DNA from: Escherichia phage Cyrano
Direction: 5' to 3' (one strand)
Length of the DNA stretch: 64,000 nt
Sequence record: OV696614
Part shown: positions 1 to 10,193 of the stretch, in pieces
Position numbering within the stretch: position 1 is the first letter of the stretch
Layout of the letters: the number at the start of each line of letters is the position of its first letter
Notes under the pieces: model-generated
The model's input: only the letters and a program-made list of their open reading frames with translations
The model's database searches: none
Told to the model about the DNA's origin: nothing
Made by a program: the position numbers and the translations under genes

Positions 1-78
1 TTATTTCCGCCCACTTTCCAGAAGAACTGGAAGAAGCACGGCGGTTTATTGATCCCCTATCTAATTAACTAATACTAG

Positions 79-94
79 AAAACAATTTGTTTAA
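79..94. promoter_or_regulatory. Palindromic motif AAACAA-N-TTGTTT upstream of helicase gene
   Basis: aaaacaatttgtttaa about 18 nt upstream of the ATG at 112; same 13-bp palindrome recurs at 7 other gene 5' regions. Confidence 0.4.
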
Positions 95-111
95 AAAACA
101 AAGGAAAGCAC

Positions 112-1452
112 ATGACCGAACTTTGCCATACAGGACGCGGGCTGTCCGAAGAGTTTGATGAAGATTTCCAGAACAGACTGACGGCATATTTTTGTCGTGA
201 TCACGAGTTTCTTACTCGTGCGGGAGATCTGGTTGTGCCTAGCCAATTTGCCAATGCGGCCAATGCCATATTGGTTAATATGGTTTCGGGCTATTACCGT
301 ATGTACAAGAGCGCGCCCTCTTCATCTGCAATTCTGGATATGCTTAAGCGTGCGAAACGCGATAAGACTATCCGTGAGGAACTATTCGCCGATGTTGTTG
401 CTGCGTTTAAGCGCATTCTTGCAGAAAAATTGTCCGATACCTCGTACATGGTTGACCAGGTATCAACCTTCGCAAAAAGTGTAGCGTTTGATGATGCTCT
501 GATTAAGGCTGCTGAACTGAAAGAGAAAGGCGACTTTCAGGGGGCGATGGCAATCATGGCCAAGGTTCAGCAGATTGGATCGAACGAAGCGACCGGAATC
601 TATGACTACTACACCTCCGCAAGTGAGCGATTGAAAGCGCGTGAATATGAGGCTTCAGAGGAGTATGTGCCAAACAGCATTACAACTGGACTCCCTCTGC
701 TCGATAGGTTGCTGTACCAAAAAGGCTGGGCAAAGCGCGAAATGGTGCTCTTCATGGGGTTCGCTAAATCCGGTAAATCGACCGCAATGGGTGAGTTTTC
801 CATAAACGCAACGCTTGCTGGCTACAATGTTCTGTATCTCTCGCTGGAGGTTCACACCACCATTTTATCCGACCGTTTTGATGCAAGATTGTCGGAGACA
901 GAAATGTCCAAGCTGGTGGAACGGCGCGATGAGGTTCATCGTAAGTTGGCAGAGTTGGGAGCCACGAAGGGGATTGGTAGTTTGTGGGTGGTTGAGCGTC
1001 CGTCAGGAAGTATGTCACCGGCAGATCTGGACCGTATGCTTAACAGCATGAAAGCCAACGGCATGGTACCTGACATGGTTGTTGTCGACTACGCAGATTT
1101 GATGCGTGCCAGTTATGACCTTCGTGATGATCGCGCCAACATTCGTAGTATCTACACCGATTTACGTGCTCTTTATGACAAGCATAACGTTGCTGGGATC
1201 ACGGCATCGCAGACAAACCGTGAAGGTGGCGCGTCAGAAGTTGCCACAATGATGCACGCTGCCGACAACATCGAAAAAGTACGTATTGCTGACCTGGTAA
1301 TAACGATCAACAAAACCGAAGAAGAAGAAGCGAAAGGAGAGGCTCGTCTCTACTTTGCTGGTTCACGTAACCAGCAGGGAGGGATCAGCATTCGCGTTAA
1401 ACAAAACCTCGAACAAATGCGCTTCATTGAGCGAATCTTAGACGTTACCTAA
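112..1452 (+). CDS. DnaB-family replicative DNA helicase
   Basis: 446 aa; Walker A GFAKSGKST, Walker B-like VVVDYADLM, SQTNREG motif. Confidence 0.8.
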   Translation: MTELCHTGRGLSEEFDEDFQNRLTAYFCRDHEFLTRAGDLVVPSQFANAANAILVNMVSGYYRMYKSAPSSSAILDMLKRAKRDKTIREELFADVVAAFKRILAEKLSDTSYMVDQVSTFAKSVAFDDALIKAAELKEKGDFQGAMAIMAKVQQIGSNEATGIYDYYTSASERLKAREYEASEEYVPNSITTGLPLLDRLLYQKGWAKREMVLFMGFAKSGKSTAMGEFSINATLAGYNVLYLSLEVHTTILSDRFDARLSETEMSKLVERRDEVHRKLAELGATKGIGSLWVVERPSGSMSPADLDRMLNSMKANGMVPDMVVVDYADLMRASYDLRDDRANIRSIYTDLRALYDKHNVAGITASQTNREGGASEVATMMHAADNIEKVRIADLVITINKTEEEEAKGEARLYFAGSRNQQGGISIRVKQNLEQMRFIERILDVT

Positions 1453-1533
1453 AAAATAAGCGTGGAGAACACCTCCACGCTTGATTCATTGGTGAAACAA
1501 CTTTTCTTTTGCCAAACCACAAAAGAAAAACAC

Positions 1534-2715
1534 ATGAGCCTTTATGTTATATCAACATTTAGGTTGGTCACAATATTGCCTGTTAAAAGTGGAATTATCG
1601 TGAGCGAGCTGAAAGAGCTAATTACCGAATTAGATTTTGAACAATGGTTGGATACTGAAGGTATCGTTTATCGACGTGGAGGCGTGAGTACTCGCGGTCG
1701 TGAAGTGAATATCAAGGAGTGTCCGGTATGCGGCAGCTCCAACTGGAAGGTATATTTCAATCTGACCAGTGGCGTCGGTAAATGCTTCGCTGGTGATCAT
1801 CCCGAAGAGATTCAGTTCAATAAGCTGGTCTTCCTCAAGCACTACAGCGGCAAATCACGACGACAGTTCGAGGAATATGTGCAGAACGCCCTTCTTTCCC
1901 AGGGGTGGGCACCAAAGAAAGAAGAGCTAGTGCTTGCAAGCACAGTCGAGTTAGAGGGGCCAGTTGCACTCCCTCGTCATTACGAGCTTCCTATAGATGG
2001 CCGTCTTCCAGACTATCTGGTTGAACGAAACATATCGCCTGAAATGGCAAAATATTTTGACCTACGATACTGCGTCGAAGGCAAGCACGCCTATGTAGAT
2101 CCGTATACAGATCAGGTTAAAGGACAGATATTCGATATGCGAATACTGATACCGGTTTACGATCTGGATGGGGTAATGAAGACATTTCAGGGACGAGACA
2201 TTACCGGTACAGCAGAACGCCGCTACCTCTTTCCTATGCAGCTTCCAGCTTCAGGTAAGTTTCTCTACAACGGCCATAATGCAGTTGGCAAACAGACTGT
2301 AGTTGTCTGTGAGGGGGCGTTCGATGTTATGGGAGTTAAACGAGCTATTTTTGATGAAGAAACATTACGTGATTACGTGGAACCAATAGGAACGTTCGGG
2401 ATGCATCTATCTGGCAACACCACTCAGGATGCAGAAGATCAGTTGGGCGCGTTCCTGACGCTCAAGGCGCGTGGATTACGTAATGTGATCATGATGTGGG
2501 ATAGTGAAAAGCAAGCTATACGCAACACTATGGCCGCAGCCAAGCGACTGACCAGTATTGGTCTTAATGTCAAAGTAGCGTGTTTGGGCGAGGAAGGACT
2601 CGACCCAGGCGATGCAACGCCAGAACAAATTATCAAAGCCTATTATCGGGCAAAACCGTATACCAGACAGTTGGAGTTGCAAAGCAAGGTTTTAGGCATT
2701 AAGGCTCTATCGTAA
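1534..2715 (+). CDS. DNA primase (zinc ribbon plus TOPRIM-like)
   Basis: CPVCGSS zinc-ribbon motif, acidic VVVCEGAFD segment; start moved from track GTG 1462 to ATG 1534, which sits behind the conserved AAAAACACATG context and after a hairpin at 1460-1480. Confidence 0.65.
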   Translation: MSLYVISTFRLVTILPVKSGIIVSELKELITELDFEQWLDTEGIVYRRGGVSTRGREVNIKECPVCGSSNWKVYFNLTSGVGKCFAGDHPEEIQFNKLVFLKHYSGKSRRQFEEYVQNALLSQGWAPKKEELVLASTVELEGPVALPRHYELPIDGRLPDYLVERNISPEMAKYFDLRYCVEGKHAYVDPYTDQVKGQIFDMRILIPVYDLDGVMKTFQGRDITGTAERRYLFPMQLPASGKFLYNGHNAVGKQTVVVCEGAFDVMGVKRAIFDEETLRDYVEPIGTFGMHLSGNTTQDAEDQLGAFLTLKARGLRNVIMMWDSEKQAIRNTMAAAKRLTSIGLNVKVACLGEEGLDPGDATPEQIIKAYYRAKPYTRQLELQSKVLGIKALS

Positions 2716-2790
2716 CAAGTGCCGATAAAATAAGTAGATGATTACTTATCTTTCTGTAAGAATACTTTCATCTGTTAGCTAGGAGTTTGT

Positions 2791-3573
2791 ATGAAAGACG
2801 AAATTCAGAAATTAGCCTGCGACATCATTGATAAAACTGGTTTAGAAATCAGCGAGAGCAATCGGCTAGACATCATTGAAAAAGCCGTAAAAACAGCAAT
2901 GGATCATATCGCCACTCGTTTGGTCGAGATCCCGCTACCGGGGCTACCTTATCTGAAGGTTAAGTTACACGTATGGGGTGAACCTTCTTGTGCACGGCGT
3001 TCTGCATTAGTTGTTTTTATTAGCAAAGAAAACCCGATCAGTCTTAAAGTGCAGGTTGGGGCATGGATGGATGGCAAAGCGATCTACACAAATACCGTTT
3101 TTTGTGCGTCAAATGACAGTATTATTGAAGAGGCTATTCAAGAATCACTTCTAACTATGCATAGCTTAGTTTTGCTGGAAGACAAGCAAAACTACGAAGA
3201 GTACTTACGGTCGATAAAAGGTGAGAGAACATTGTCACTTAAAGCCGATTTCGTTACCCCGACAAACCTGTTGGAAGTCTTGCTTAATAAAGGGGCTAAT
3301 GATGCTGTAAACCTAATCAGGGAGAGCGAATATTCGACTCTTTGGGACATGTGCAAAAGCCAGTTGGATCTTGTGCATATCATTGTTGATGCGGGTAAGG
3401 CGTGTGATGGCGTAATGGCGGAATTTGCTGGGAAGGTGGTCAGGATTGCTAACGAATTACCGATGATAGAGCAAGAGGCTAAATCATACGCCACCAATCA
3501 TGTCACAGAGCTTCTTGCCCCCTATCGCTTAGAAAGCAATCAGCGCAAGATGATTAGCTGGGGAAGTTGGTAA
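2791..3573 (+). CDS. hypothetical protein
   Basis: 260-aa ORF with AGGAG RBS upstream; no recognised motifs. Confidence 0.45.
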   Translation: MKDEIQKLACDIIDKTGLEISESNRLDIIEKAVKTAMDHIATRLVEIPLPGLPYLKVKLHVWGEPSCARRSALVVFISKENPISLKVQVGAWMDGKAIYTNTVFCASNDSIIEEAIQESLLTMHSLVLLEDKQNYEEYLRSIKGERTLSLKADFVTPTNLLEVLLNKGANDAVNLIRESEYSTLWDMCKSQLDLVHIIVDAGKACDGVMAEFAGKVVRIANELPMIEQEAKSYATNHVTELLAPYRLESNQRKMISWGSW

Positions 3574-3628
3574 TCTCTCAGTGTGTCGTTTTTTACGCAA
3601 AGAATGATAGGTAAGTACAAGATTATTT

Positions 3629-4111
3629 GTGGCGGTGGTTGTGAAAGCTGATTTGTCAAAAATCCCCTCTATTTCAGGAAATAATGGTTATTCACTTCGT
3701 TGTGAGGAAGTAAAGATAAACGGTGAGTCGGCATATTGCAGCTACTCCGTTTGCCAGCACACCATTCTTGCCTTCAAAGAAAACCGTCTTCCTCGAACTT
3801 CATTCCAGTCGTGCGCAACCGCTATCAAAGCAGGCAAATGCAAGGCGTTAAAAATGATGGTTGAAGAGATTCGTAAAGGAGAATCTCTGTATTTCGAAGA
3901 TATGACCGCACTCATTAAGGAGGTTGAAGAACGGAATAAACAAGCCAGAACTATAAAACGAAAACGTGACAGTGTAACGATTAATAGCATGGTTAAGAAG
4001 AGCGCCACATCACAAACAGCGATCACTGACGTGTATGCGGCGTTGCTTGAAGAAACAACAAAAGAAACACATGAGCAAATCGATCAACATATGGAGGCAA
4101 AACAACAATGA
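3629..4111 (+). CDS. hypothetical protein (start uncertain)
   Basis: 160-aa ORF from a GTG; basic C-terminal half; true start may be an internal ATG. Confidence 0.3.
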   Translation: MAVVVKADLSKIPSISGNNGYSLRCEEVKINGESAYCSYSVCQHTILAFKENRLPRTSFQSCATAIKAGKCKALKMMVEEIRKGESLYFEDMTALIKEVEERNKQARTIKRKRDSVTINSMVKKSATSQTAITDVYAALLEETTKETHEQIDQHMEAKQQ

Positions 4112-5430
4112 AAAAGTTGATCGCACTTAAGCATAAGCTGGACGAAATGAAAGCTATGGGAACCAATGCAAAAAAAGAGGCATTGGCCAACATGGATGAC
4201 TTTGAACAAAGCATGGTTTCATTGATGCTCAACCCTTTCATCCGTTTTGGGGTAAAGAAATACAAAGTGGCAGAGCCGCTTAGTGAGTCCGTCCCAAGTG
4301 ACGAAAAAGCCATTGATGTACTGAATAAGCTGGCCTCTCGCGAGCTGACGGGGAACGCAGCAATAGCAGCTGTTGAGTCTATCGTGGCGTCAATGTGCGC
4401 CGATGGGCAGGACGTGTTCCGTCGTTTCCTCTTAAAAGACCCGAAAGCAGGTGTTGGGATTAGCCTATGCAACAAGGTTTTTGAAAATCCCATTCCGAAA
4501 TTCGAGGTGCAGCTGGCGTCACCGTATAAAGAAAAAGGCGACAAATACCCCTTCAAGCCAAATCCTAAAGCAAAATGGCCGATGATTGGCAGTCTTAAGC
4601 TCGATGGTTTGCGAGTAATTTGCGAGGTTATTGTTGACGAGGAAGAGGTTAACTTCCTTTCTCGTACTGGTAATCCAATCACGTCTCTCGATCACCTAAA
4701 GCCAGCAATGCTCGAATTAGGCAAACTTTCAGGCCACAAACACATCTTCTTCGATGGTGAAGGAACAGCCGGTTCATTTAACCAGTCCGTATCTGCATTG
4801 CGCAAAAAGAACGTGCAGGCAATTGGCGCTATTTATCATGTTTTCGACTTCTTCCTACCGGAATGGCGGGCACAGGCTAAATCCAAAGAGTATGCAAAGA
4901 CAGGTATGAAGCTGAAAGAGCGCCTGGCTATTCTCGTGGCGTTGTTCAAAAACGATCGCAGTGAAGGCTACGCACAAGACATTCACCTGCATCCGTTCTA
5001 TATCATCCATAGCCACGAAGACTTCATCGAACGCTTCATGAAACGCCTGGACGATAACGAAGAAGGGGAGATGGGCAAAGATCCGAACTCTGTTTACGAG
5101 TTTAAACGTACCCGCAGCTGGTGGAAGTTAAAAGACGAAGATTCAGAAGATGGTGAAATTATCGATTTTGAGCCGGGCGATCCGGACTCTGGTTTTGCCA
5201 ACACGCTTGGAAAAATTGTTATTCGCCTTGAAAACGGTGTGATTGTTCGTGCGAGCGGCATTAAGCATAAATATCTGGACGAGATCTGGAACAACAAAGA
5301 GAAGTACCGTGGTCGTATTGTTGAGGTTCATTGTCACGAGAAAACACCGGATGGCAGCTTACGCCACCCCCGACTGAAATGGCCGCGTTGCTTACGCGAT
5401 ACAGAAGATCGAATCGGAGATAAAGAATGA
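4108..5430 (+). CDS. ATP-dependent DNA ligase
   Basis: 440 aa; adenylation motif SLKLDGLRV (KxDG) and downstream ligase-like blocks; start overlaps upstream stop. Confidence 0.75.
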   Translation: MKKLIALKHKLDEMKAMGTNAKKEALANMDDFEQSMVSLMLNPFIRFGVKKYKVAEPLSESVPSDEKAIDVLNKLASRELTGNAAIAAVESIVASMCADGQDVFRRFLLKDPKAGVGISLCNKVFENPIPKFEVQLASPYKEKGDKYPFKPNPKAKWPMIGSLKLDGLRVICEVIVDEEEVNFLSRTGNPITSLDHLKPAMLELGKLSGHKHIFFDGEGTAGSFNQSVSALRKKNVQAIGAIYHVFDFFLPEWRAQAKSKEYAKTGMKLKERLAILVALFKNDRSEGYAQDIHLHPFYIIHSHEDFIERFMKRLDDNEEGEMGKDPNSVYEFKRTRSWWKLKDEDSEDGEIIDFEPGDPDSGFANTLGKIVIRLENGVIVRASGIKHKYLDEIWNNKEKYRGRIVEVHCHEKTPDGSLRHPRLKWPRCLRDTEDRIGDKE

Positions 5431-5606
5431 TGCTCGGCTGGATGATTGCATTTTTAGCAGTTGGTTTTTTCATAGGTATTGTGGTGATGTCCAGTTGCAT
5501 CAATGACTACATTAAAAGCGGTGTTATAGAAAGACGCGGTCGTATTTATCGCATTGTAGAAATAACCAACACCCTGAAGGAGATTAAGGATGATCGTATT
5601 AAGTAA
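5427..5606 (+). CDS. small membrane protein (below ORF-track cutoff)
   Basis: 59-codon ORF read by hand, ATG overlapping the ligase stop (ATGA); hydrophobic N-terminus MMLGWMIAFLAVGFFIGIVV. Confidence 0.3.
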   Translation: MMLGWMIAFLAVGFFIGIVVMSSCINDYIKSGVIERRGRIYRIVEITNTLKEIKDDRIK

Positions 5607-5805
5607 ACGGGAGAAGGAAACGCTTCATGAAATCAGTAAGTGGCCGGAGTTCCCTGAGTACTGGAAGCCTAAAACGCGAGCTAAGTTAGAGCGTTTAGGG
5701 TTGGTTGCAAACGTTTCTGAAACGAAGTGTTCGGCCAACTACCAGTTAACTGATAAAGGGAAAGTATTGCTACAGCAATTAGTAGAATCAGGAGTGTTAA
5801 AATGA
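5590..5805 (+). CDS. hypothetical protein
   Basis: 71 aa; AAGGAG RBS; translationally coupled to neighbours. Confidence 0.4.
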   Translation: MIVLSKREKETLHEISKWPEFPEYWKPKTRAKLERLGLVANVSETKCSANYQLTDKGKVLLQQLVESGVLK

Positions 5806-5954
5806 TTCCATACATCTCATTAGCTTTTATGGGTGGCTTCCTTATCGGCTTCGGCATCTGTCGTGATTTAATTAAGCAGGAACTTAAAACCAAAACACTG
5901 TGCATCGGAAAGCGTGTGTATCGGGTAGTTCATGAAACAAAGGTTAGAAAATGA
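5802..5954 (+). CDS. small membrane protein (below ORF-track cutoff)
   Basis: 50-codon ORF read by hand; ATGA overlap with upstream and downstream genes; hydrophobic segment. Confidence 0.3.
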   Translation: MIPYISLAFMGGFLIGFGICRDLIKQELKTKTLCIGKRVYRVVHETKVRK

Positions 5955-6241
5955 GCAATTTAACTTCTTGGGACTGGTGGTTGGCCACCTATTTCTTAGC
6001 GGCCGGAGTCGCATTCGCCTTTTACGTAGGTCAGTTAGTCGTAAAACTGTTGCTGATTAAATTTGCTAGTCATAAACGTATCGATGATGGTCTGTGGCGT
6101 CTTGGCACCCTGGTGGAAACTCGCTACGGGCAACTTAAGGAGAACGAAACCATTACTATCCAGGCGAAACGATTCACTGCCACCATCACAAGAACACCTA
6201 GTCGTAGAGTGGCCTTGATCAAAAAAGTCACAACCGAATAA
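5951..6241 (+). CDS. membrane protein, unknown function
   Basis: 96 aa; N-terminal transmembrane helix WWLATYFLAAGVAFAFYVGQLVV. Confidence 0.4.
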   Translation: MSNLTSWDWWLATYFLAAGVAFAFYVGQLVVKLLLIKFASHKRIDDGLWRLGTLVETRYGQLKENETITIQAKRFTATITRTPSRRVALIKKVTTE

Positions 6242-6250
6242 AAACATCAT

Positions 6251-6272
6251 GATAAGTATTTACTTACTTATC
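6251..6272. repeat. Intergenic palindrome family (GATAGGTAAGT..ACTTACCTATC-like)
   Basis: gataagtatttacttacttatc just after the stop at 6241. Confidence 0.4.
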
Positions 6273-7020
6273 TTTTATGTATAAGATGACTTTGTTTTCG
6301 TTGAGACGCGACTGTTTGAACTTAAATACAAGTGCAAACGAAGAAGTCTATCTGGCAGTAGCCTAATAAGCCAAACACCAGCGAGGTCAGTTTCCAGCCT
6401 CGTTACCGAAATGGGACACACTGAGCGAGTGTGATTGCAGAACGCAGGAGGGAACATTCATGTTCCCTCCGATGAAGTAACAGAATGGGCGGTTGGTATA
6501 TTTTCAACTCCATATGACTCCCGGATTCTTAGCCACTGACCGCCCATCCTGTTACGTCATTTTGTTCAATTATGTCGTTTATACTGGGTTAAAAAGCGGC
6601 GACGTAGCCCGGCTGGTATGGTTAGCCAGCACACAACGTTGAGGCCATTACATTTTTATCAATTCTAAGGTTCTATTCACAGAGATACCGGCGAGCGTTG
6701 ATATGTAACATGTTGGGCAAACATTCAATCGGAGTAGTGGCCTCAACGTTGTGAAGACGGGATTGTTGTGTAGGTTTAACCACTGTTGCCATTGGTGCCT
6801 GTTTTCACAACAAATGATTCCATACATCACATTGTATAAATTACAAAGTAGGTGCTGTCCTCAGAAACATCATCTACTTAAAGATTTTGCCTTCTACTAT
6901 TGAGCGAAGTCGAAAGCGTCTGGCACTAACGAAAAGTGCAAGTAGCGGTGCGTTTCCTGGCAGAAACTAAACCGTCGCGATTGGCACTGTTGAGTAAAAA
7001 AATACTGGCAGTGCCGAATT

Positions 7021-7095
7021 GATGGTGTAGCTCAGTGGTAGAGCAGTTGGCTGTTAACCAACTGGTCGGTGGTTCGAATCCACCCACCATCGCCA
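7021..7095 (+). tRNA. tRNA-Asn (anticodon GTT)
   Basis: Cloverleaf read by hand: acceptor gatggtg/caccatc, anticodon loop ctGTTaa, T-loop ttcgaat, 3' CCA. Confidence 0.85.
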
Positions 7096-7097
7096 AT

Positions 7098-7173
7098 GCC
7101 GGTTTAGCTCAGTTGGTAGAGCACCTGCCTTGTAAGCAGGATGTCAGCGGTTCGAATCCGTTAACCGGCACCA
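7098..7173 (+). tRNA. tRNA-Thr (anticodon TGT)
   Basis: Acceptor gccggtt/aaccggc, anticodon loop ctTGTaa, T-loop ttcgaat, 3' CCA. Confidence 0.85.
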
Positions 7174-7181
7174 ACACAATT

Positions 7182-7268
7182 GGAGAGTAGAGAGCATGGT
7201 GCTCAAGCGGTCTTGAAAACCGTCCCATTGCGCAAGCGATGATGGTTCGATTCCATTACTCTCCGCCA
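7182..7268 (+). tRNA. tRNA-Ser (anticodon TGA), type II with long variable arm
   Basis: 87 nt; acceptor ggagagt/actctcc, anticodon loop ctTGAaa, long variable arm, T-loop ttcgatt, 3' CCA. Confidence 0.8.
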
Positions 7269-7424
7269 GACACAGCGTTGAGCGGTTTGGCCTTTTAATC
7301 AACTCGATTAAGACTCCGCTAACATAAACCAGACCGCTCAACGCTGTGATAGACAATTACGGCAGACGTTCTTAACCATAGCTTGCTAACATCATAGCAA
7401 CACTTTTTTTTCAGCGCAAAATTC

Positions 7425-7448
7425 AAAGGGGCTTCGGCCCCTTTTTTG
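7425..7448 (+). terminator. Rho-independent terminator after tRNA cluster
   Basis: GC hairpin ggggcttcggcccc followed by ttttttg. Confidence 0.6.
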
Positions 7449-7490
7449 CAACTGAAAGAGTCAAGTCTACGAACTTTGTAGGAAGAAATA

Positions 7491-7841
7491 ATGACCAGCA
7501 AAGAGAACACACCACTAAAAGTCACCTCTGAACACATTGAACAACTCATTCAAAGTGAACATTATTTCACTGCATATGATGCCAGCCACGGGGATAACTT
7601 CATCTCTGTTTACAATTCAAAAACAGATATCGACAAAGGTCATGAGTCGTTAAAACTCTTAACGTTCTGCGTTATGGTTCTCAAAAATGGATATACCGTA
7701 ACGGGAAAATCTGCGTGCGTAAGACCAGAAATCTTCAACTTTGATGTTGGTCGCGAGTACGCTCGAAAAGATGCTGTCGATCAAATCTGGCCCCTGGAAG
7801 GCTATCTCCTGAAGCAAAAGTGGCATGAGGCAAAGCAATGA
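7491..7841 (+). CDS. hypothetical protein
   Basis: 116 aa; RBS aggaag; stop overlaps next start. Confidence 0.45.
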   Translation: MTSKENTPLKVTSEHIEQLIQSEHYFTAYDASHGDNFISVYNSKTDIDKGHESLKLLTFCVMVLKNGYTVTGKSACVRPEIFNFDVGREYARKDAVDQIWPLEGYLLKQKWHEAKQ

Positions 7842-8083
7842 CGATCACTATCTACGGACGAGATAACTGCTCATACTGCAAACGTGCGGTCGAGCTGGCG
7901 AGGCAACTAAAGGGACATGGCTACGGTGATTATGAGTACATCGACATCACCACTGCCGGTATCGACAAGAAAAAACTAAGTGAAATTGTTGGTAAACCGG
8001 TAGAGACTATCCCCCAGGTGCTGATCGATGGCCAGCCGATTGGCGGATACACAGAGATGGCATCTTTCGTAAGTTTCTTATAA
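7838..8083 (+). CDS. glutaredoxin-like protein (NrdH/NrdC-type)
   Basis: 81 aa; N-terminal active site IYGRDNCSYCKRA (CxxC) and glutaredoxin-like fold length. Confidence 0.75.
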   Translation: MTITIYGRDNCSYCKRAVELARQLKGHGYGDYEYIDITTAGIDKKKLSEIVGKPVETIPQVLIDGQPIGGYTEMASFVSFL

Positions 8084-8120
8084 GTAAAAGCCACATCTTT
8101 GTACATATAGTACATATAAC

Positions 8121-8146
8121 AAAAAAGGCCCATATGGGCCTTTTTC
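8121..8146. terminator. Bidirectional rho-independent terminator
   Basis: aaaaaaggcccatatgggccttttt: palindromic hairpin with A-run and T-run, between convergent genes. Confidence 0.6.
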
Positions 8147-8267
8147 ATAACTTCTAGCTAACCACTACAGTGGCTTAAAGACCACTTCACCCTTGCGTTC
8201 AGCTTCAGCTTTAGCAGTCATGAATCGTTTGATCATTTCGACTTTGCTAGCATGGATAGTTTTAAAA

Positions 8268-8822
8268 TCAATCTTCCCTTTGTTTTGGGTAGTGTTGTGT
8301 TCGTATCGCATAGGAAGCTCCGTCATTTAAATAAGTTAGGCCACGCTCTTGTGTAAATCTCTTCACATATCTCTTGTATGTGGCCATCAGTTCTTCGCGT
8401 TCTGCCGCAAAGAATAAAATCTGTATGCCTTCATTGTCGGCAACTTTGAGCATTAAGTCAACTAAAGTACCGTAAAGGTATTGAAGTTCACCTAAAGTAA
8501 GATTAAAAGACCCTTCGGGTTTGGCAAATACGTTAATTGGCTCTTCCGCTCCAAGAGCGACATTCTGGAGCTGTTCTTGCTGCCTGTCAAGTTGAATCAT
8601 GTCCACAAAACTAACGACAGATACACACAACCCATAAACATCAGCACCTAACATATTATGCATAGTTTCTGCGGCAACAGGATCTAAAGAAGGAGGGCAA
8701 AAGACTAAACGGTATCTAGCCTTACGAGCTTCATTGCCAGAGAAAACAAAGTCTATATCTAAATATGACAGATCACCCGGCAATGAAGCCAAACCAGGTG
8801 TAACCAACTTATGCAAGTGCAT
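8268..8822 (-). CDS. hypothetical protein
   Basis: 184-aa minus-strand ORF in a locally reversed segment next to the integrase. Confidence 0.4.
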   Translation of the reverse strand: MHLHKLVTPGLASLPGDLSYLDIDFVFSGNEARKARYRLVFCPPSLDPVAAETMHNMLGADVYGLCVSVVSFVDMIQLDRQQEQLQNVALGAEEPINVFAKPEGSFNLTLGELQYLYGTLVDLMLKVADNEGIQILFFAAEREELMATYKRYVKRFTQERGLTYLNDGASYAIRTQHYPKQRED

Positions 8823-9089
8823 CTGTCTCGAATCCCTCTTTATTAGTATAAGTTGTCTTATTGTACCCTACCAAACGTTTATATGCATTGTTATGTATTA
8901 TTTTGATTTTCAATATTACCTCCTAGAACGAAGGGTAGATTTCAAAAAACGCATCCTCAATGATTCCATACCTACTATGTATGGAATCATTACTGAAAAT
9001 GAGTTACTTTTACTCTTGATCCTATAAGAATCTATGCCTAATATACTGTTTACTTATACAGTGCATCGGCGTAACTCGGTGATTGTCAT

Positions 9090-10193
9090 ATGAAAAATAG
9101 CTTTGACAGAGCACGCGCTGCGGAGAACACCTCAAAAGAGGCGATTGAGTATCTCGAAAGAGCATCTCAAATGCAGGCCGTTATGATCTCCCAGGTCAGC
9201 AATGACATGAGATTCTCGGACGCATTCATGTTATTCACTCGCTTATCTCTGCTGATAACAAGACGTCGGCCAGAGATCGCTGTTCATTGTATTTTGATAC
9301 ATGTTTTGCCGCACATTGCCGATGTAAAAGTAAGTGATATTAATAGGTTCATGGTGAACCAACTGGTCAACCCACTAATACTGGATGGCAAAATTGTTAT
9401 GGGTCGCCGCGTTTTCTCTCTGATGAAGCAGTTCCTCAGCTGGTGCGCCTTCCAGGGGATGATCGACGTGTCACCGTTAAACGATATGTCACTTAACAAA
9501 GTTGCCGGTGGCGCAAAGCCCACACCTCGCGAGCGGAAGCTAACCGACGCAGAGGTATGGGTGTTCTGGAATATATGGGACTACTTCAATGTGTGTGCTG
9601 GTACAAAATGGGCGGCCAGGCTATGTCTTGTATCCGCAAGACGACCTGACGAAGTACTGCGGGCTAAAAAAAGTGAGTTCAACCTCCAGCGTGGGGTTTG
9701 GAATCAAGGCAAGAGAAACAAATCAGCCCGTGAGCATTCTCTGCCTTTAAGCACATTAATGCGCACATGCATTGAAGAGTTATTCGAATATGGTAAAGGC
9801 AGCCAGTGGCTTGTGCCTTCGAATAAAAAAATCGGGAAAGATCTTCCGATGTCTAAAGTGGCAATAGCCCAGGCATTACGCCGTATCCTGGAACGACCAG
9901 AACTGATGGAGCTTGAGCCATTTACACCACGAGATTTGCGTCGTACTGCGCGTAGTTACTTCCCAGCATTAGGCATAAGCCAGGAGGTATCACGTAAAAT
10001 CATGAACCACAGTCTTGAGGGGATAGATCGGGTCTACGACCGGCACGATTATATGGACGAGATGCGAGACGCCTTAGAAAGTTTCTCGACGTACATCGCA
10101 TCAATCGTAGAGCAACCGGATTTAGACGAAATTGACCACAAATTTAAGGGAGATCGTCTATCAACAGAGCTTATTCGTGTAAATTTTTCATAG
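9090..10193 (+). CDS. tyrosine recombinase / integrase (P4-like)
   Basis: C-terminal catalytic region PRDLRRTARS..KIMNHSLEGIDRVYDRHDY (R, H-x-x-R-like, terminal Tyr). Confidence 0.7.
   Translation: MKNSFDRARAAENTSKEAIEYLERASQMQAVMISQVSNDMRFSDAFMLFTRLSLLITRRRPEIAVHCILIHVLPHIADVKVSDINRFMVNQLVNPLILDGKIVMGRRVFSLMKQFLSWCAFQGMIDVSPLNDMSLNKVAGGAKPTPRERKLTDAEVWVFWNIWDYFNVCAGTKWAARLCLVSARRPDEVLRAKKSEFNLQRGVWNQGKRNKSAREHSLPLSTLMRTCIEELFEYGKGSQWLVPSNKKIGKDLPMSKVAIAQALRRILERPELMELEPFTPRDLRRTARSYFPALGISQEVSRKIMNHSLEGIDRVYDRHDYMDEMRDALESFSTYIASIVEQPDLDEIDHKFKGDRLSTELIRVNFS

Noticed and set aside
1462-1533. Track start (GTG 1462) for the primase gene
   Set aside because: It lies inside a hairpin right after the helicase stop; the downstream ATG at 1534 has the conserved AAAAACACATG context.
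6300-7020. Possible additional tRNA or tmRNA-like gene upstream of the three tRNAs
   Set aside because: No T-loop consensus (GTTCRANYC) or acceptor stem with CCA could be found by eye; only inverted repeats, reported as a structured leader instead.
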